64,000 nt of DNA from Acidimicrobiia bacterium (GCA_036985755.1 BTQG01000001.1:17204-81203), one strand, 5' to 3'; shown: positions 36,940 through 46,564, counted from the stretch's first letter. Notes: generated by a model not told the origin, from the sequence alone. Translations and numbers: made by a program.

Positions 36940-39326
36940 CAGGCGCGGCCTCGCTCGGATTCGCCGGCTGGCGGCTCAGCGAGGTCCTGCTACCGACGCG
37001 CTCGGGAGCGAAGTGGCAGCTGATGGTGCTCGCCGCGGTCATGGTCGGGATCATCGTCACCTGGGCTGCGCTCAGCTACCGGATGCGGGCCCGCTGGATC
37101 GTCCTCCTCAACCTCGCCTTGTTTGCGTTCGCTGCGGCCCGTTACGGCGCCCCCGACACCGGCGTGTGGGTCCTGCCCGGCCCCGATACGTTCGCCACCC
37201 TGGCAACGGAGATCGAGCGGGCGATGGCGCTGATCCGAAATGGTGTGGAGCCGGTACAGCCCACCATCGGCCTGGTCGTGATCCTGGCCGGTCTGTTCTG
37301 GCTGCTGGGCGCCCTTCTTGCATTCGGTCTCCTCTCCGGGCGCCCGTTCCTCGCCCTGGCTCCCCCGCTGGTGATCGGGTTGCAGTTGCTCACCATCGAA
37401 TTGCAGCCCTCCTCCAATGTGGAGATCACCCTCTTCGTGGTGCTGGTGGCCGGCACCGCCCTCGCCGTCGGTCTCGATGAGCACGACCGTGGGGCAGGAC
37501 GTATGGCCAGGCCCGGCCACCGCCCATCGACCGCAAGAGGCGCGCCGGTGTCCGCGGGCGCCCTCGCCCTCCTGGTGCTGACTGTCGTCGGGGCGATCAG
37601 TGTCTCCAGCGCCCTTGCAAGCCAGGTCCCCACGGACGGAAACCTGACCTGGCGCACCGGAGGCGGTTTGACCACCGGGTACTACGGGGGAGTCTCCTAC
37701 AACCCATACGTCCAGATCTACCGCGGGTTGGTATCACAGTCCGGCGTTGAGTTGTTCACCGCGCGGCTGGACGGCGATGTGGACCCGAACGACGTCTACT
37801 ACCGGCTGATCACGCTCGACACCTACGACGACGGGCAGTGGTTTGCCTCGGAGAGTGAAATGCTGCCGGCTTCTGATGGGGTATTCGAGGACGCGGCCTC
37901 GGATTATGCCGGCACGACGGTACCGGTCAACGCCGCCCTCACCATCGGCGCCCTTCGCCAGGAGTGGCTGCCCGCTCCGTATGCCGTGACCGGTGTCGGT
38001 GGCGAAGAGGCCGCCTCCTTCCGGATGCGTACCAGCGATGCATCGGTGAGGTTTTCAGGAAACCGCACCTACGGCGGCATGGAGTACTCGATAACGGCCG
38101 ATGTACCGGTGATGGACTCGCGTGCGATCGTGACCGACGAGAACGGTCGACTGTCACCGCTGTTCGCAGTCGCCGCTGAAACCAACAGGACGGTGCCCGA
38201 GGCGGACCCGGCCACCGTCTATCGGGAACTCCCTGACGCAGAACGCTATGTGCAACTCCCCGATGGCCTGGATCCGCGGATCGCAGCCAAGGCACAGGAG
38301 CTCACCGGTCGCCTCGGCACCGCCTTCGAGAAGGGCCTGGCACTCGAATACTGGTTCCGCGAAACCGGCGGTTTCATCTATAGCCTCGACATCGATCCGG
38401 ACCAGGGCCACAGCCCCGACGTGCTCGCCTCATGGCTGTTCGACCGTTCCCCGGAGAATCCCGGCTACCGCACCGGCTACTGCGAGCAGTTCGCCACCTC
38501 GATGGGCGTGATGGCCCGCAGCATCGGGATCCCGACTCGTGTCGTGCTCGGCTTCACCCCCGGCGAGCCGACCGGGGACGGGGGCGTCTTGGTGAGGGAC
38601 CTCAACGGACATTCCTGGGTTGAGCTGTGGATTCCCTCACAAGGCTGGATGCGGTTCGATCCGACGCCTCGCAGCGACGGGATCAACCCCAACGCCACGT
38701 ACCGGACGATCGCCGACCAGCTTGGCTTCGACGTTGCTTCCTACCTCGGACAGGTACCGGAGCTTCCGCCCGAGCCCCGGGCCCCCGATGCGCCGAACCC
38801 CGCTCTCGGCGCTCAGCCTGAATCCGTCCGCCCTGAGATCCCGCGCCCGGCCGGAGGCGTCACCCCCGGCGGAGGGTCCACGCAGGGGTGGGCGATGGCG
38901 GCCGTGATCCTGGTGCTCGGCGCCGCGCTCGTCGCCGGAGTGCCGACGCTGAAATGGGCCCGGTATCGCAGGAGGATGTCGCGGCTGGGCCACGGGGATG
39001 TGTCTGCGGCCTGGGAGGAGGTCGTTGCCAGGCTTGCCGATCTCGACCAAACCGTCGACGCCGCGGCAACGCCGCACGAAGTCGCATCGACGGTCGACAC
39101 CGCCCTCGACCCGCTCGCCTTCGTCTACACCAAGTCGGTGTACGGCCCCGAGCCGGTGAGCGCCGGCGAGCTGGAAGCGGCGACGCGCTCGATGACGATG
39201 ACGACCGATCGCCTGACCGAGCACCTGTCGCGCTCGGAGCGGTTTCGAGCTCGGTATCGACTGCGACCGGTCAGGAGATCGTCGCCGCGTGGTTTCAGCC
39301 GCTGGCTTCCCTGGCTTCGTCGTTGA
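36915..39326 (+). CDS. Transglutaminase-domain membrane protein (TgpA-like)
   Basis: Multi-TM N-terminus. Transglutaminase core Cys (GYCEQFATSM), His (GHSWVELW), Asp (RFDPTP). Start ATG 36915 preferred over GTG 36879; uncertain. Confidence 0.85.
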   Translation: MVYRYGWIAGAASLGFAGWRLSEVLLPTRSGAKWQLMVLAAVMVGIIVTWAALSYRMRARWIVLLNLALFAFAAARYGAPDTGVWVLPGPDTFATLATEIERAMALIRNGVEPVQPTIGLVVILAGLFWLLGALLAFGLLSGRPFLALAPPLVIGLQLLTIELQPSSNVEITLFVVLVAGTALAVGLDEHDRGAGRMARPGHRPSTARGAPVSAGALALLVLTVVGAISVSSALASQVPTDGNLTWRTGGGLTTGYYGGVSYNPYVQIYRGLVSQSGVELFTARLDGDVDPNDVYYRLITLDTYDDGQWFASESEMLPASDGVFEDAASDYAGTTVPVNAALTIGALRQEWLPAPYAVTGVGGEEAASFRMRTSDASVRFSGNRTYGGMEYSITADVPVMDSRAIVTDENGRLSPLFAVAAETNRTVPEADPATVYRELPDAERYVQLPDGLDPRIAAKAQELTGRLGTAFEKGLALEYWFRETGGFIYSLDIDPDQGHSPDVLASWLFDRSPENPGYRTGYCEQFATSMGVMARSIGIPTRVVLGFTPGEPTGDGGVLVRDLNGHSWVELWIPSQGWMRFDPTPRSDGINPNATYRTIADQLGFDVASYLGQVPELPPEPRAPDAPNPALGAQPESVRPEIPRPAGGVTPGGGSTQGWAMAAVILVLGAALVAGVPTLKWARYRRRMSRLGHGDVSAAWEEVVARLADLDQTVDAAATPHEVASTVDTALDPLAFVYTKSVYGPEPVSAGELEAATRSMTMTTDRLTEHLSRSERFRARYRLRPVRRSSPRGFSRWLPWLRR

Positions 39327-39792
39327 CGTCGTCTTCGACGCGACGCAGCATCTCGAGGAAGCGTTCCCGGTCGAGTTCGAACTTGGTCACGTCGTCCTCG
39401 ACGGTCTGGGCGATTTCGTTGATGGCGACGAAGAAGGCGAGCTGCCCCTGCCGCAGCGCGTCGAGCAACTCATCCTCGTCGGTGGCGACGGCGAAGATCG
39501 ACTGTCCGTCGGTAACGAGTTTCACCTCAGAGAGGTGACCGTCCATGTCGGCGGTGCGGCGCAGGTAGTCCCAGGCCCTTCGCACGCGCTGGATCGACAT
39601 GCCGTTGTCGAGCAGGCTCCTGACGACGCGCAACGCGACCAGGTCACGAAACGAGTACAGCCTGCGGCGTCCCGGTCGGCCGCCGGTCTGTTGGAGTGAG
39701 GGTTGGACGAGGGCCACCTTGTCCCAGTAGCGCAACTGATGCGGTGTGCAACCAGTCAGCCTGGTCGCCTGCTGAGCGGTGAAGCCGTCCAC
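39295..39792 (-). CDS. MerR-family transcriptional regulator
   Basis: N-terminal HTH FTAQQATRLTGCTPHQLRYWDKVALVQP ... YSFRDLVALRVV; 3' end overlaps the transglutaminase 3' end by 32 nt. Confidence 0.85.
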   Translation of the reverse strand: MDGFTAQQATRLTGCTPHQLRYWDKVALVQPSLQQTGGRPGRRRLYSFRDLVALRVVRSLLDNGMSIQRVRRAWDYLRRTADMDGHLSEVKLVTDGQSIFAVATDEDELLDALRQGQLAFFVAINEIAQTVEDDVTKFELDRERFLEMLRRVEDDVNDEAREASG

Positions 39793-39869
39793 GAAGGTCT
39801 CCCGATGGTCCGTCCGTTAGGGCCTGAGGCCCTGCCCTGTTCCCCTGCCGTCGCGGGCAGATGGCAACC

Positions 39870-40211
39870 TTAGCGTTCGCGACGCAGGCGCTGTCGGAGG
39901 TCGTCCATCCAATCGACGATCGACGACGGCCCCGACCTGCCGGCGGCACCGGCGCGGTAGCCGATGACGAGTGTCGCCGCCGATACCACCATCAAAATGA
40001 AGCCCAGGCCTGCCAGATACCACAGTGTGGTGAACGTTCCGAGCATGATGATCAGCCCAGCGACGAACCCGACGGCGGCGAGCCGGCCTCGGCGCTTCGT
40101 CCTGGCGGTCAGGCTGGTCTTGGCCACGGTTTGAGCGAGCTTTGGATCCTCCGCGTAGAGGTTCCGCTCGATCTCCTCGAGGATCTTTTCTTCTCGTTCG
40201 TTCAGTGGCAT
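39870..40211 (-). CDS. DUF3040 membrane protein
   Basis: Start re-picked at ATG 40211 behind GGAGAG; MPLNEREEKILEEIERNLYAEDPKLA then two TM segments. Confidence 0.8.
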   Translation of the reverse strand: MPLNEREEKILEEIERNLYAEDPKLAQTVAKTSLTARTKRRGRLAAVGFVAGLIIMLGTFTTLWYLAGLGFILMVVSAATLVIGYRAGAAGRSGPSSIVDWMDDLRQRLRRER

Positions 40212-40287
40212 TGGCTCTCCTACCACGCGGACGGGCCCGCCCACCCAGTATACCGATACCCTGTGCTCGTCAACCCGAGAGAATGAG

Positions 40288-40400
40288 GAGCCAGTCGTCG
40301 GTCGTCAGCCACCAGTCCCCAGCCATCAGTCGGAGTCGCCCCGAGAGGGGTCTTGCTGAGGACTGAAGACTCTCACTGACTGAAGACTCTCTCTACTCTT
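40288..40400. repeat. Intergenic repeat block with two GACTGAAGACTCTC copies
   Basis: CCAGTCGTCGGTCGTCAG at 40291; GACTGAAGACTCTC at 40361-40374 and 40378-40391; lies directly upstream of ATG 40406. Confidence 0.9.
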
Positions 40401-40405
40401 CCCCG

Positions 40406-41029
40406 ATGACATCCAGCGCCAAGACGTTTCTCGTGCGCCATGGCGAGGTGTCGAACCCGGATGGAGTGGTCTACGCCGACCTGGCCGGGTACCCGCTCTC
40501 CGATCGGGGCCGGTCGCAGGCCGCCGAAGCCGCATCTCAGCTACCACATCGGTCGACGATCGTCACCTCACCGCTGCAGCGAGCTGCCGAAACTGCGGGG
40601 ATCATCGCCGCCCAAATCGATTCGACCGTGCTCGTCGACCCGGCGCTGACCGAGTGGCGGTTCGCCGGGCGTTGGGCAGGGCACCGCTGGCAGGCCCTCG
40701 ACGATGCCTTTCCTGGAGAACTCGATGCCTACCTCGACCACCCGGATCGGCTTCCGTTCGCCGACGAGAGCCTGGACGCCCTCGCCGAACGGGTCGTCGA
40801 TGCCATCCACAGGCACAGGGAGGCGACTCATGGGCCGCTGCTGATCGTATCGCACCAAGACCCCATTCAGGCGGCCCGCCTGTCGCTCACGGGAAGGCCG
40901 CTCGCCGATCTCCACCAGGACAAACCGGCCCACGCTTCCATCGTCATCCTGGAGGGAACGGCCACGACGCGGTGGTTCGAGCGCGGGTTCTGGTCGCCGG
41001 CATCCGGTGACCCGTTCCCACCGATATGA
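40406..41029 (+). CDS. Histidine phosphatase family protein (phosphoglycerate-mutase-like)
   Basis: FLVRHGE catalytic motif near N-terminus, LIVSHQDPI second His motif; 207 aa. Confidence 0.85.
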   Translation: MTSSAKTFLVRHGEVSNPDGVVYADLAGYPLSDRGRSQAAEAASQLPHRSTIVTSPLQRAAETAGIIAAQIDSTVLVDPALTEWRFAGRWAGHRWQALDDAFPGELDAYLDHPDRLPFADESLDALAERVVDAIHRHREATHGPLLIVSHQDPIQAARLSLTGRPLADLHQDKPAHASIVILEGTATTRWFERGFWSPASGDPFPPI

Positions 41030-41034
41030 GACGC

Positions 41035-41221
41035 CAGTCGTCAGTCATCGCCGTGAGAGTCGTCAGTCATCAGTCATCAGTCATCAGTCATCAGCGAGAA
41101 CTGGGAACCGTTCTTGTCCTGCTGAAGGCTGAGGACTCAAGACTGTGGACTTTCTCGGACTGAAGGCTGTGGACTCTCGACTGTGGACTCTCTCGGCGCT
41201 GAAGGCTGAGGACTCAAGACT
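41035..41221. repeat. Intergenic repeat mosaic: (TCAGTCA)4.5 plus a 24-bp direct repeat and three CTGTGGACT words
   Basis: TCAGTCA tandem at 41063-41094 (extra copy at 41041). GCTGAAGGCTGAGGACTCAAGACT at 41121-41144 and 41198-41221. CTGTGGACT(N)CTC at 41143, 41168 and 41181. Confidence 0.95.
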
Positions 41222-41236
41222 CGTAGGATCGACTCC

Positions 41237-41938
41237 ATGTCCGTCGCCCCCCCTTACGTCGTCTGCGCTCTGTTTGCCGTCTCATCGCTGCTGACGGCCA
41301 GTCTGCTCGTGTTCGACCCGGAGCCCTTCTCCCCTGGATCGGCCCTGCTCATCACGCTCGGTCTCCTGGCCTACACGGTGATCGCCCTCGTCGGAATCCT
41401 CCTGGTGCACGCCCCTTGGGCACGATGGCTCGCCCTTACCACCACGCTGGGCGCGCTCGTGATCGCGGCAATCGTCGGATTCGACTCCCCCGTCGCAATA
41501 GTCTCTACGGTGGTCGCCCTCATCGCGATTGCAGGGATATCGGGCCCGTGGCTGACCCTCTCGCTGAGGCGGCGCCAAGGGAGCGGGCCCGAACCACGGG
41601 CCGTCGCCCTCCCCTTGCTCGCTATCGGTGCAGCCCCGATCGTTGGCTTCGCCTCCTGGTCGGGTCTCGCCACCGCCGCCGTGGTCGTCTCCGTGCTGGG
41701 CCCACTCGGTGGCTGGGCATACGCTCGCGCCCTGCGCTGGGGTCTGTGGGTGCTCCGTCTCGGCTACCCCGTCGCCGCCGTGGTCGCCGCCACCCAGCTT
41801 CACCCGGCAGGAGCGACGCTGCTCATCGTGCACGCCGCAGCCGTCGCCGTGATCGCCTGGTCCCCACAGGCATCGCGGGCTCAGCGCCCCATCAGCGCCG
41901 AGCTTCCGGCTCCTCGCCCACGTAGGCGTGGCCAATGA
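41237..41938 (+). CDS. Polytopic membrane protein, unknown function
   Basis: 233 aa, about 6-7 hydrophobic segments, basic C-terminus; ATGA overlap with the next ORF. Confidence 0.6.
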   Translation: MSVAPPYVVCALFAVSSLLTASLLVFDPEPFSPGSALLITLGLLAYTVIALVGILLVHAPWARWLALTTTLGALVIAAIVGFDSPVAIVSTVVALIAIAGISGPWLTLSLRRRQGSGPEPRAVALPLLAIGAAPIVGFASWSGLATAAVVVSVLGPLGGWAYARALRWGLWVLRLGYPVAAVVAATQLHPAGATLLIVHAAAVAVIAWSPQASRAQRPISAELPAPRPRRRGQ

Positions 41939-42291
41939 CTCCGCATCTGGCCTCCATCGGCGCCTCGGTGTTTGCCGGGCTCGTACCCGGATGGCTGCTC
42001 GCGGGCACACCCGGTGCAGTCGTGGGTGGCACGATCGGTGCCGGCATCGGCTTCGCCGGCGACCAGTTCGAAATTCGCACCGTGGTTGCTGCCTCGGTGA
42101 CGGCAGGGACCGTCGCCGGCGCCTTCATCGGGAGGGGCGTCGTCAGCGTCATCTGCCTGCCGGCGACCTGCGTCGCATTCGAGATTGTGGGGGCGATCCT
42201 GACCGGAGCCGGGGCCTTCATCGGCGTGGGGATCATTGTTGCTCTGGCGACGCGGTCTTTTGACGAGTACCGAGAACGGCAAGGGTCCTGA
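41935..42291 (+). CDS. Glycine-rich small membrane protein, unknown function
   Basis: 118 aa, Gly/Ala/Ile-rich segments (GGTIGAGIGFAG, GAILTGAGAFIGVGIIVA); translational coupling to the upstream ORF. Confidence 0.55.
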   Translation: MTPHLASIGASVFAGLVPGWLLAGTPGAVVGGTIGAGIGFAGDQFEIRTVVAASVTAGTVAGAFIGRGVVSVICLPATCVAFEIVGAILTGAGAFIGVGIIVALATRSFDEYRERQGS

Positions 42292-42294
42292 GTC

Positions 42295-43539
42295 TTACGC
42301 GGCGGCGAAGATCAGCGCCACGTTGTGGCCTCCGAAGCCGAAGGAGTTGCTCATCACACGATGCACCTCTGCTTGGCGCGCCTCGTTGGGCACGTAGTCG
42401 AGGTCGCATTCCGGGTCCGGCGTCCGGTAGTTGATCGTCGGAGGGATGGTCCCGTCGCGGATCATGAGCACGCTGGCAATCGCCTCGACAGCACCGGCGC
42501 CACCCAGCAGATGTCCGGTCATCGACTTGGTGGATGATGTGGGAATCTGATAGGCACGGTCGCCGAACACGGTCTTGATGGCGACGGTCTCGGTCGCATC
42601 GTTGGCCTGCGTGGAGGTGCCGTGGGCGTTGATGGCCGAGATGTCCTCGGGAGCGATCCGGGCATGATCGAGGGCAGCCTTCATGGCTCGTGCCGCCCCG
42701 TCCCCACCTGGTCTGGGCAGCGTGATGTGGTAGGCGTCGGCGGACATCCCGTAGCCGATGAGTTCGGCGTACACCTTGGCCCCGCGAGCCAGTGCATGTT
42801 CGCGCTCCTCGACGATGAGCGCCGCTCCCCCCTCAGCCATCACGAAGCCGTCGCGATCGGCGTCGAACGGACGGCTGGCACCCAGTGGATCGTCGTTGTT
42901 GGTGCTCAGCGCCCTGGCCTGAGCGAATCCCGCTAAGGCAAACCGCGTGATGGAGGCATCAGCGCCTCCGGCAACCATTACGTCGGCAGCGCCTCGTTTG
43001 ATCAACTCGCCGGCATCGCCGATGGCGTTGGCGGATGCCGCGCATGCAGTCACCGCGGTGGTGTTCGGTCCGTAGAGGTTGAAGTCGATAGAGACCTGAC
43101 CGCCGGCGATGTTGGCGATGATCTTGGGGATACCGTACGGGCTCACCCGATGCGGACCGACGTGAAACAGCGTGTCGATTTCGTGCTCGAAGGACTCGAC
43201 GCCACCAATGCCGGTACCCACCACGACTCCGGTGCGGTATGCCTCCGGGTCGTCCTCCTCATAGGCGATCCCGGCATCGGCCAGGGCGTCCCGTGCCGCC
43301 ACCCAGAAGAACTGGGCGTAACGATCCATCCGGCGAGAAAGCCGTTTCGGGATGTAGTCGGTGACCTCGAAGTCGCTGACCTCACCGGCGATCTGGGAGG
43401 GCAGGTCGCCGACTTCGATGCGCTGCACACGGCCAATTCCCGACGTCCCGCTGAGCAGGTTCTTCCAGGTCCCGTCGACGGTGGCGCCGAGCGGGTTGAT
43501 GGTCCCCAGCCCGGTGATGACGACGCGACGGTCTTCCAC
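42295..43539 (-). CDS. fabF: 3-oxoacyl-ACP synthase II
   Basis: Active-site Cys (TACAASANA), NAHGTSTQAND, GHLLGGAG, FGFGGHN. Confidence 0.95.
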   Translation of the reverse strand: MEDRRVVITGLGTINPLGATVDGTWKNLLSGTSGIGRVQRIEVGDLPSQIAGEVSDFEVTDYIPKRLSRRMDRYAQFFWVAARDALADAGIAYEEDDPEAYRTGVVVGTGIGGVESFEHEIDTLFHVGPHRVSPYGIPKIIANIAGGQVSIDFNLYGPNTTAVTACAASANAIGDAGELIKRGAADVMVAGGADASITRFALAGFAQARALSTNNDDPLGASRPFDADRDGFVMAEGGAALIVEEREHALARGAKVYAELIGYGMSADAYHITLPRPGGDGAARAMKAALDHARIAPEDISAINAHGTSTQANDATETVAIKTVFGDRAYQIPTSSTKSMTGHLLGGAGAVEAIASVLMIRDGTIPPTINYRTPDPECDLDYVPNEARQAEVHRVMSNSFGFGGHNVALIFAAA

Positions 43540-43548
43540 GAGGCCTCC

Positions 43549-43794
43549 TCAGCTTGCGAGTTTCTTCTCGACCAGGTCGACGGCTTCGCCGACGGTCGTG
43601 ATCTGCTCGGCTTCCTCGTCCGGGATCTTCACGCCGAAGTTGTCCTCGAGCGCCATGAGCAACTCAACGACTCCAAGCGAGTCGACATCGAGGTCCTCCT
43701 CGAACTTGGCGTCCTGGGCGATGGCGTCGCGCTCGATCCCCAACTCGTCAACGAGCAGGTCGTTCAGCTTCGACTCGATCTCGGCACGGTCCAT
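43549..43794 (-). CDS. acpP: Acyl carrier protein
   Basis: 81 aa; phosphopantetheine site DLDVDSLGVVEL. Confidence 0.95.
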   Translation of the reverse strand: MDRAEIESKLNDLLVDELGIERDAIAQDAKFEEDLDVDSLGVVELLMALEDNFGVKIPDEEAEQITTVGEAVDLVEKKLAS

Positions 43795-43818
43795 GGTTCT
43801 CTCTCCTTGCTGGATGAT

Positions 43819-44553
43819 TCACAGGGCGATTCCGCCGTCAACAACGAGGGTATGGCCCGTCACGTAGGAAGCGTCGTCGGAGGCAAGATAGCCCACCGCC
43901 GCCGCCACTTCCTCTGGTTGCCCCAAACGGCCGAGCGCGACGCGCTCGGCAACCGCACTCTTGATCTCCTCTCCGAGTGCGCCTGTCATGTCGGTCTCGA
44001 TGAATCCTGGTGCGACGGCGTTCACGGTAATGCCCCGACTCCCCACCTCGCGCGCAACCGACTTGGTGAATCCGATGATGCCCGCCTTCGATGCGGCGTA
44101 GTTGGACTGCCCGGGGTTGCCCGTTATGCCGGAGATTGAGCTGATCGAGATGATCCTCCCCCACCTGGCACGCAACATGTCGCGCAGCGCAGCCTTCGAG
44201 GCCAGGTATACCGATCGCAGGTTGGTCTCGATGACCGTGTCCCACGCCTCGACCCCCATGCGAAGAACGAGGCCGTCGCGAGTGATCCCCGCATTGTTGA
44301 CCAGGATCTCGACCGGGCCCAGCCGCTCACCAACCATGGCGAACATGTCGGATACCGCCTCGGGGTCTCCAACATCGGCCTGCACCGCGATGGCGCTCCC
44401 GCCGGCGGCCGCAATCGCCTCGACCGCGGCGTCGGCAGCCGCCTGGTTGGCGGCGTAGTTGACCGCAACCCTGTGGCCCTTGGTGGCAAGAAGCTCGGCG
44501 ACGGCCCTACCGATGCCGCGCGACCCTCCCGTTACGAGTGCGACTCGGTTCAT
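43819..44553 (-). CDS. fabG: 3-oxoacyl-ACP reductase (SDR)
   Basis: TGGSRGIGRA, NNAG, YAASKAG (YxxxK). Confidence 0.9.
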   Translation of the reverse strand: MNRVALVTGGSRGIGRAVAELLATKGHRVAVNYAANQAAADAAVEAIAAAGGSAIAVQADVGDPEAVSDMFAMVGERLGPVEILVNNAGITRDGLVLRMGVEAWDTVIETNLRSVYLASKAALRDMLRARWGRIISISSISGITGNPGQSNYAASKAGIIGFTKSVAREVGSRGITVNAVAPGFIETDMTGALGEEIKSAVAERVALGRLGQPEEVAAAVGYLASDDASYVTGHTLVVDGGIAL

Positions 44554-45614
44554 GCGCTGCGGCGAGCCTGGCGTTCCATGATGATCTCCAGGCCGGTCTT
44601 GTCCGTGGGCGGCAGGGCAGCGTCACTGGTGGCAATCGGCTCGACGCGGTCGCCCCACACGATCCCAGCCGCACCCCAGGTCAAACCGGCGCCGAAGGCA
44701 ACGAGGATCAGCTTGGCTCCCGGCTCGATCCTGCCCGCGTCGAGTGCTTCTGACAATGCGAGCGGGACCGATGCCGCCGACGTGTTGCCGTAGGAGGCGA
44801 TGTTGGTGTACACCTTGGCATCGTCGATGTCGAGCCGTCGCACGGTGGCGTCGATGATGCGGCCGTTGGCCTGGTGCGGGAAGACCAGGTCGACGTCGTC
44901 TCCGGTCCATCCCGCATCGCTGATCGCCTTCTCGGCGGCGGCGGTCATCCCGAGGACTGCTCTGCGGAACAGCGTTGAGCCGTCCATGAGGACCCGGATC
45001 GGAACCGCCGGCTCTCCGATGTACGAGGACCCCACCCCCTGGCAGGTGAGCACGTCGGCGATCGTGCCATCCGACCCGACGTTCATCGACCGGAGCCCTT
45101 CCTCTCCCCGTGCCGCCTCGATCACCGCGGCACCGGCACCGTCGCCGAAGAGCACCGCGGTGGAGCGTTCCTCGAGATCCAGGAAGGGCGTGATTCGTTC
45201 CGACCCGATGAGGAGAATCTTGTCGGCCGACCCGGCGGCGAGCAGGCCGTTCGCCAGGTTGAGACCGTAGATGAACCCGGTGCACCCGGCGTTGAGGTCG
45301 AGCGCAGCAGCGTTGCTCGCCCCCAGCTTGTCCTGCACGTGGCAGGCCATGGCGGGAATCTGACGATCGCCGGTGCAGGTGGCGACCATGATGTAGTCGA
45401 TGTCCTCGGCTTCGAGGCCGGCGGCGGCGAGGGCGTGGTTGCCGGCCACGGCCGCCATGTCGGAGTTCTCGGCGGGCGAGACCCTGCGCTCCTTGATGCC
45501 GGAACGGGTCGTGATCCACTCGTCGGTCGTATCCATGACCGACGCCAGATCGTCGTTGGTCAGGACAGGATCCGGCGTGCATCGTCCCCAACCGGTGATC
45601 GCCGCTCTGCGCAT
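44550..45614 (-). CDS. fabH: 3-oxoacyl-ACP synthase III
   Basis: Start re-picked at ATG 45614 behind GGAGGAG (MRRAAITGWG). NAGCTGFIYGL (Cys), HQANGRI (His), YGNTSAAS (Asn). Confidence 0.9.
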   Translation of the reverse strand: MRRAAITGWGRCTPDPVLTNDDLASVMDTTDEWITTRSGIKERRVSPAENSDMAAVAGNHALAAAGLEAEDIDYIMVATCTGDRQIPAMACHVQDKLGASNAAALDLNAGCTGFIYGLNLANGLLAAGSADKILLIGSERITPFLDLEERSTAVLFGDGAGAAVIEAARGEEGLRSMNVGSDGTIADVLTCQGVGSSYIGEPAVPIRVLMDGSTLFRRAVLGMTAAAEKAISDAGWTGDDVDLVFPHQANGRIIDATVRRLDIDDAKVYTNIASYGNTSAASVPLALSEALDAGRIEPGAKLILVAFGAGLTWGAAGIVWGDRVEPIATSDAALPPTDKTGLEIIMERQARRSA

Positions 45615-45640
45615 CGAGGCTCCTCCTGTGGCTAGCGCAC

Positions 45641-46564
45641 TCATTCTATGAAGGCGACGGCACCCTGGATGTCGTCGATTGCCGACACCGTGTAGGTAGC
45701 TGCTCCGGGGACGGAGCGCCTGGCGAGACCGGCGGTCACATTGCCCGGCCCGACGTGGATGAATGCATCGATCCCATCTGCGGCCATCTGCTCGAGGGAT
45801 TCGGCAAAGCGCACCGGCTCGACGAGTTGTCTGGCCAGCTGTGCCTTCGGATCGGTCATCGGTCTGGCACTCACGTTGGCGTAGACCGGGTAGCCGGTCT
45901 CGGCAAAGTCCGCAGCGGTCAGTGCACGGGCGAGAGACTCGGCCGCCGGCTCCATGTACGGGGAGTGGAAAGCCCCTGCGACGTTGAGCGGGATGGCTCG
46001 CCGCGCCCCGCTCTGGTCGGCGTTGTTCATCAGCCAGTCGATATCCTCGATGCTTCCGGCGAGGACGATCTGCCCCGGCGCATTGATGTTCGCCACCCAC
46101 AGCTTGCCCCCGGCGTCCCGACGCCCGGCAGCCATCTCTTCGGCTGCGGCGATGTCTGCGCCCATCAGCGCCAGCATCGTCGACGGCTCGAGCGCAGCCG
46201 CTGCGGCCATGGCCTCGCCACGCGCCGCGACCAGAGCGAGCCCCTCCCGAAAACCGATGGCACCGGCTGCGGTGAGACCGGTGTACTCACCGAGGGAATG
46301 GCCGGCGGTGGCGGAAGGGGGCCGGGGCATGGCCTCGGCCAGCAAGGCCCACAATGCATACGAGATCGCGTACAGCGCAGCCTGAGCCCTGTCCGTTCGA
46401 GTGAGCTCGTCATCCGGTCCCTGGGAAACGACGGTCGACAGCGACCAGTCGAGCACGTCGTCGGCGGTATCGCCGAGTAAATCGGGCCGGGCGGCGAAGA
46501 CATCGGCACCCATCCCGACGAATTGGCTCCCCTGGCCGGGAAACAGAATGGCGTACGTCTTCAT
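45641..46564 (-). CDS. fabD: Malonyl-CoA:ACP transacylase
   Basis: Start re-picked at ATG 46564 (MKTYAILFPGQGSQ); GHSLGEY active-site serine motif. Confidence 0.9.
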   Translation of the reverse strand: MKTYAILFPGQGSQFVGMGADVFAARPDLLGDTADDVLDWSLSTVVSQGPDDELTRTDRAQAALYAISYALWALLAEAMPRPPSATAGHSLGEYTGLTAAGAIGFREGLALVAARGEAMAAAAALEPSTMLALMGADIAAAEEMAAGRRDAGGKLWVANINAPGQIVLAGSIEDIDWLMNNADQSGARRAIPLNVAGAFHSPYMEPAAESLARALTAADFAETGYPVYANVSARPMTDPKAQLARQLVEPVRFAESLEQMAADGIDAFIHVGPGNVTAGLARRSVPGAATYTVSAIDDIQGAVAFIE

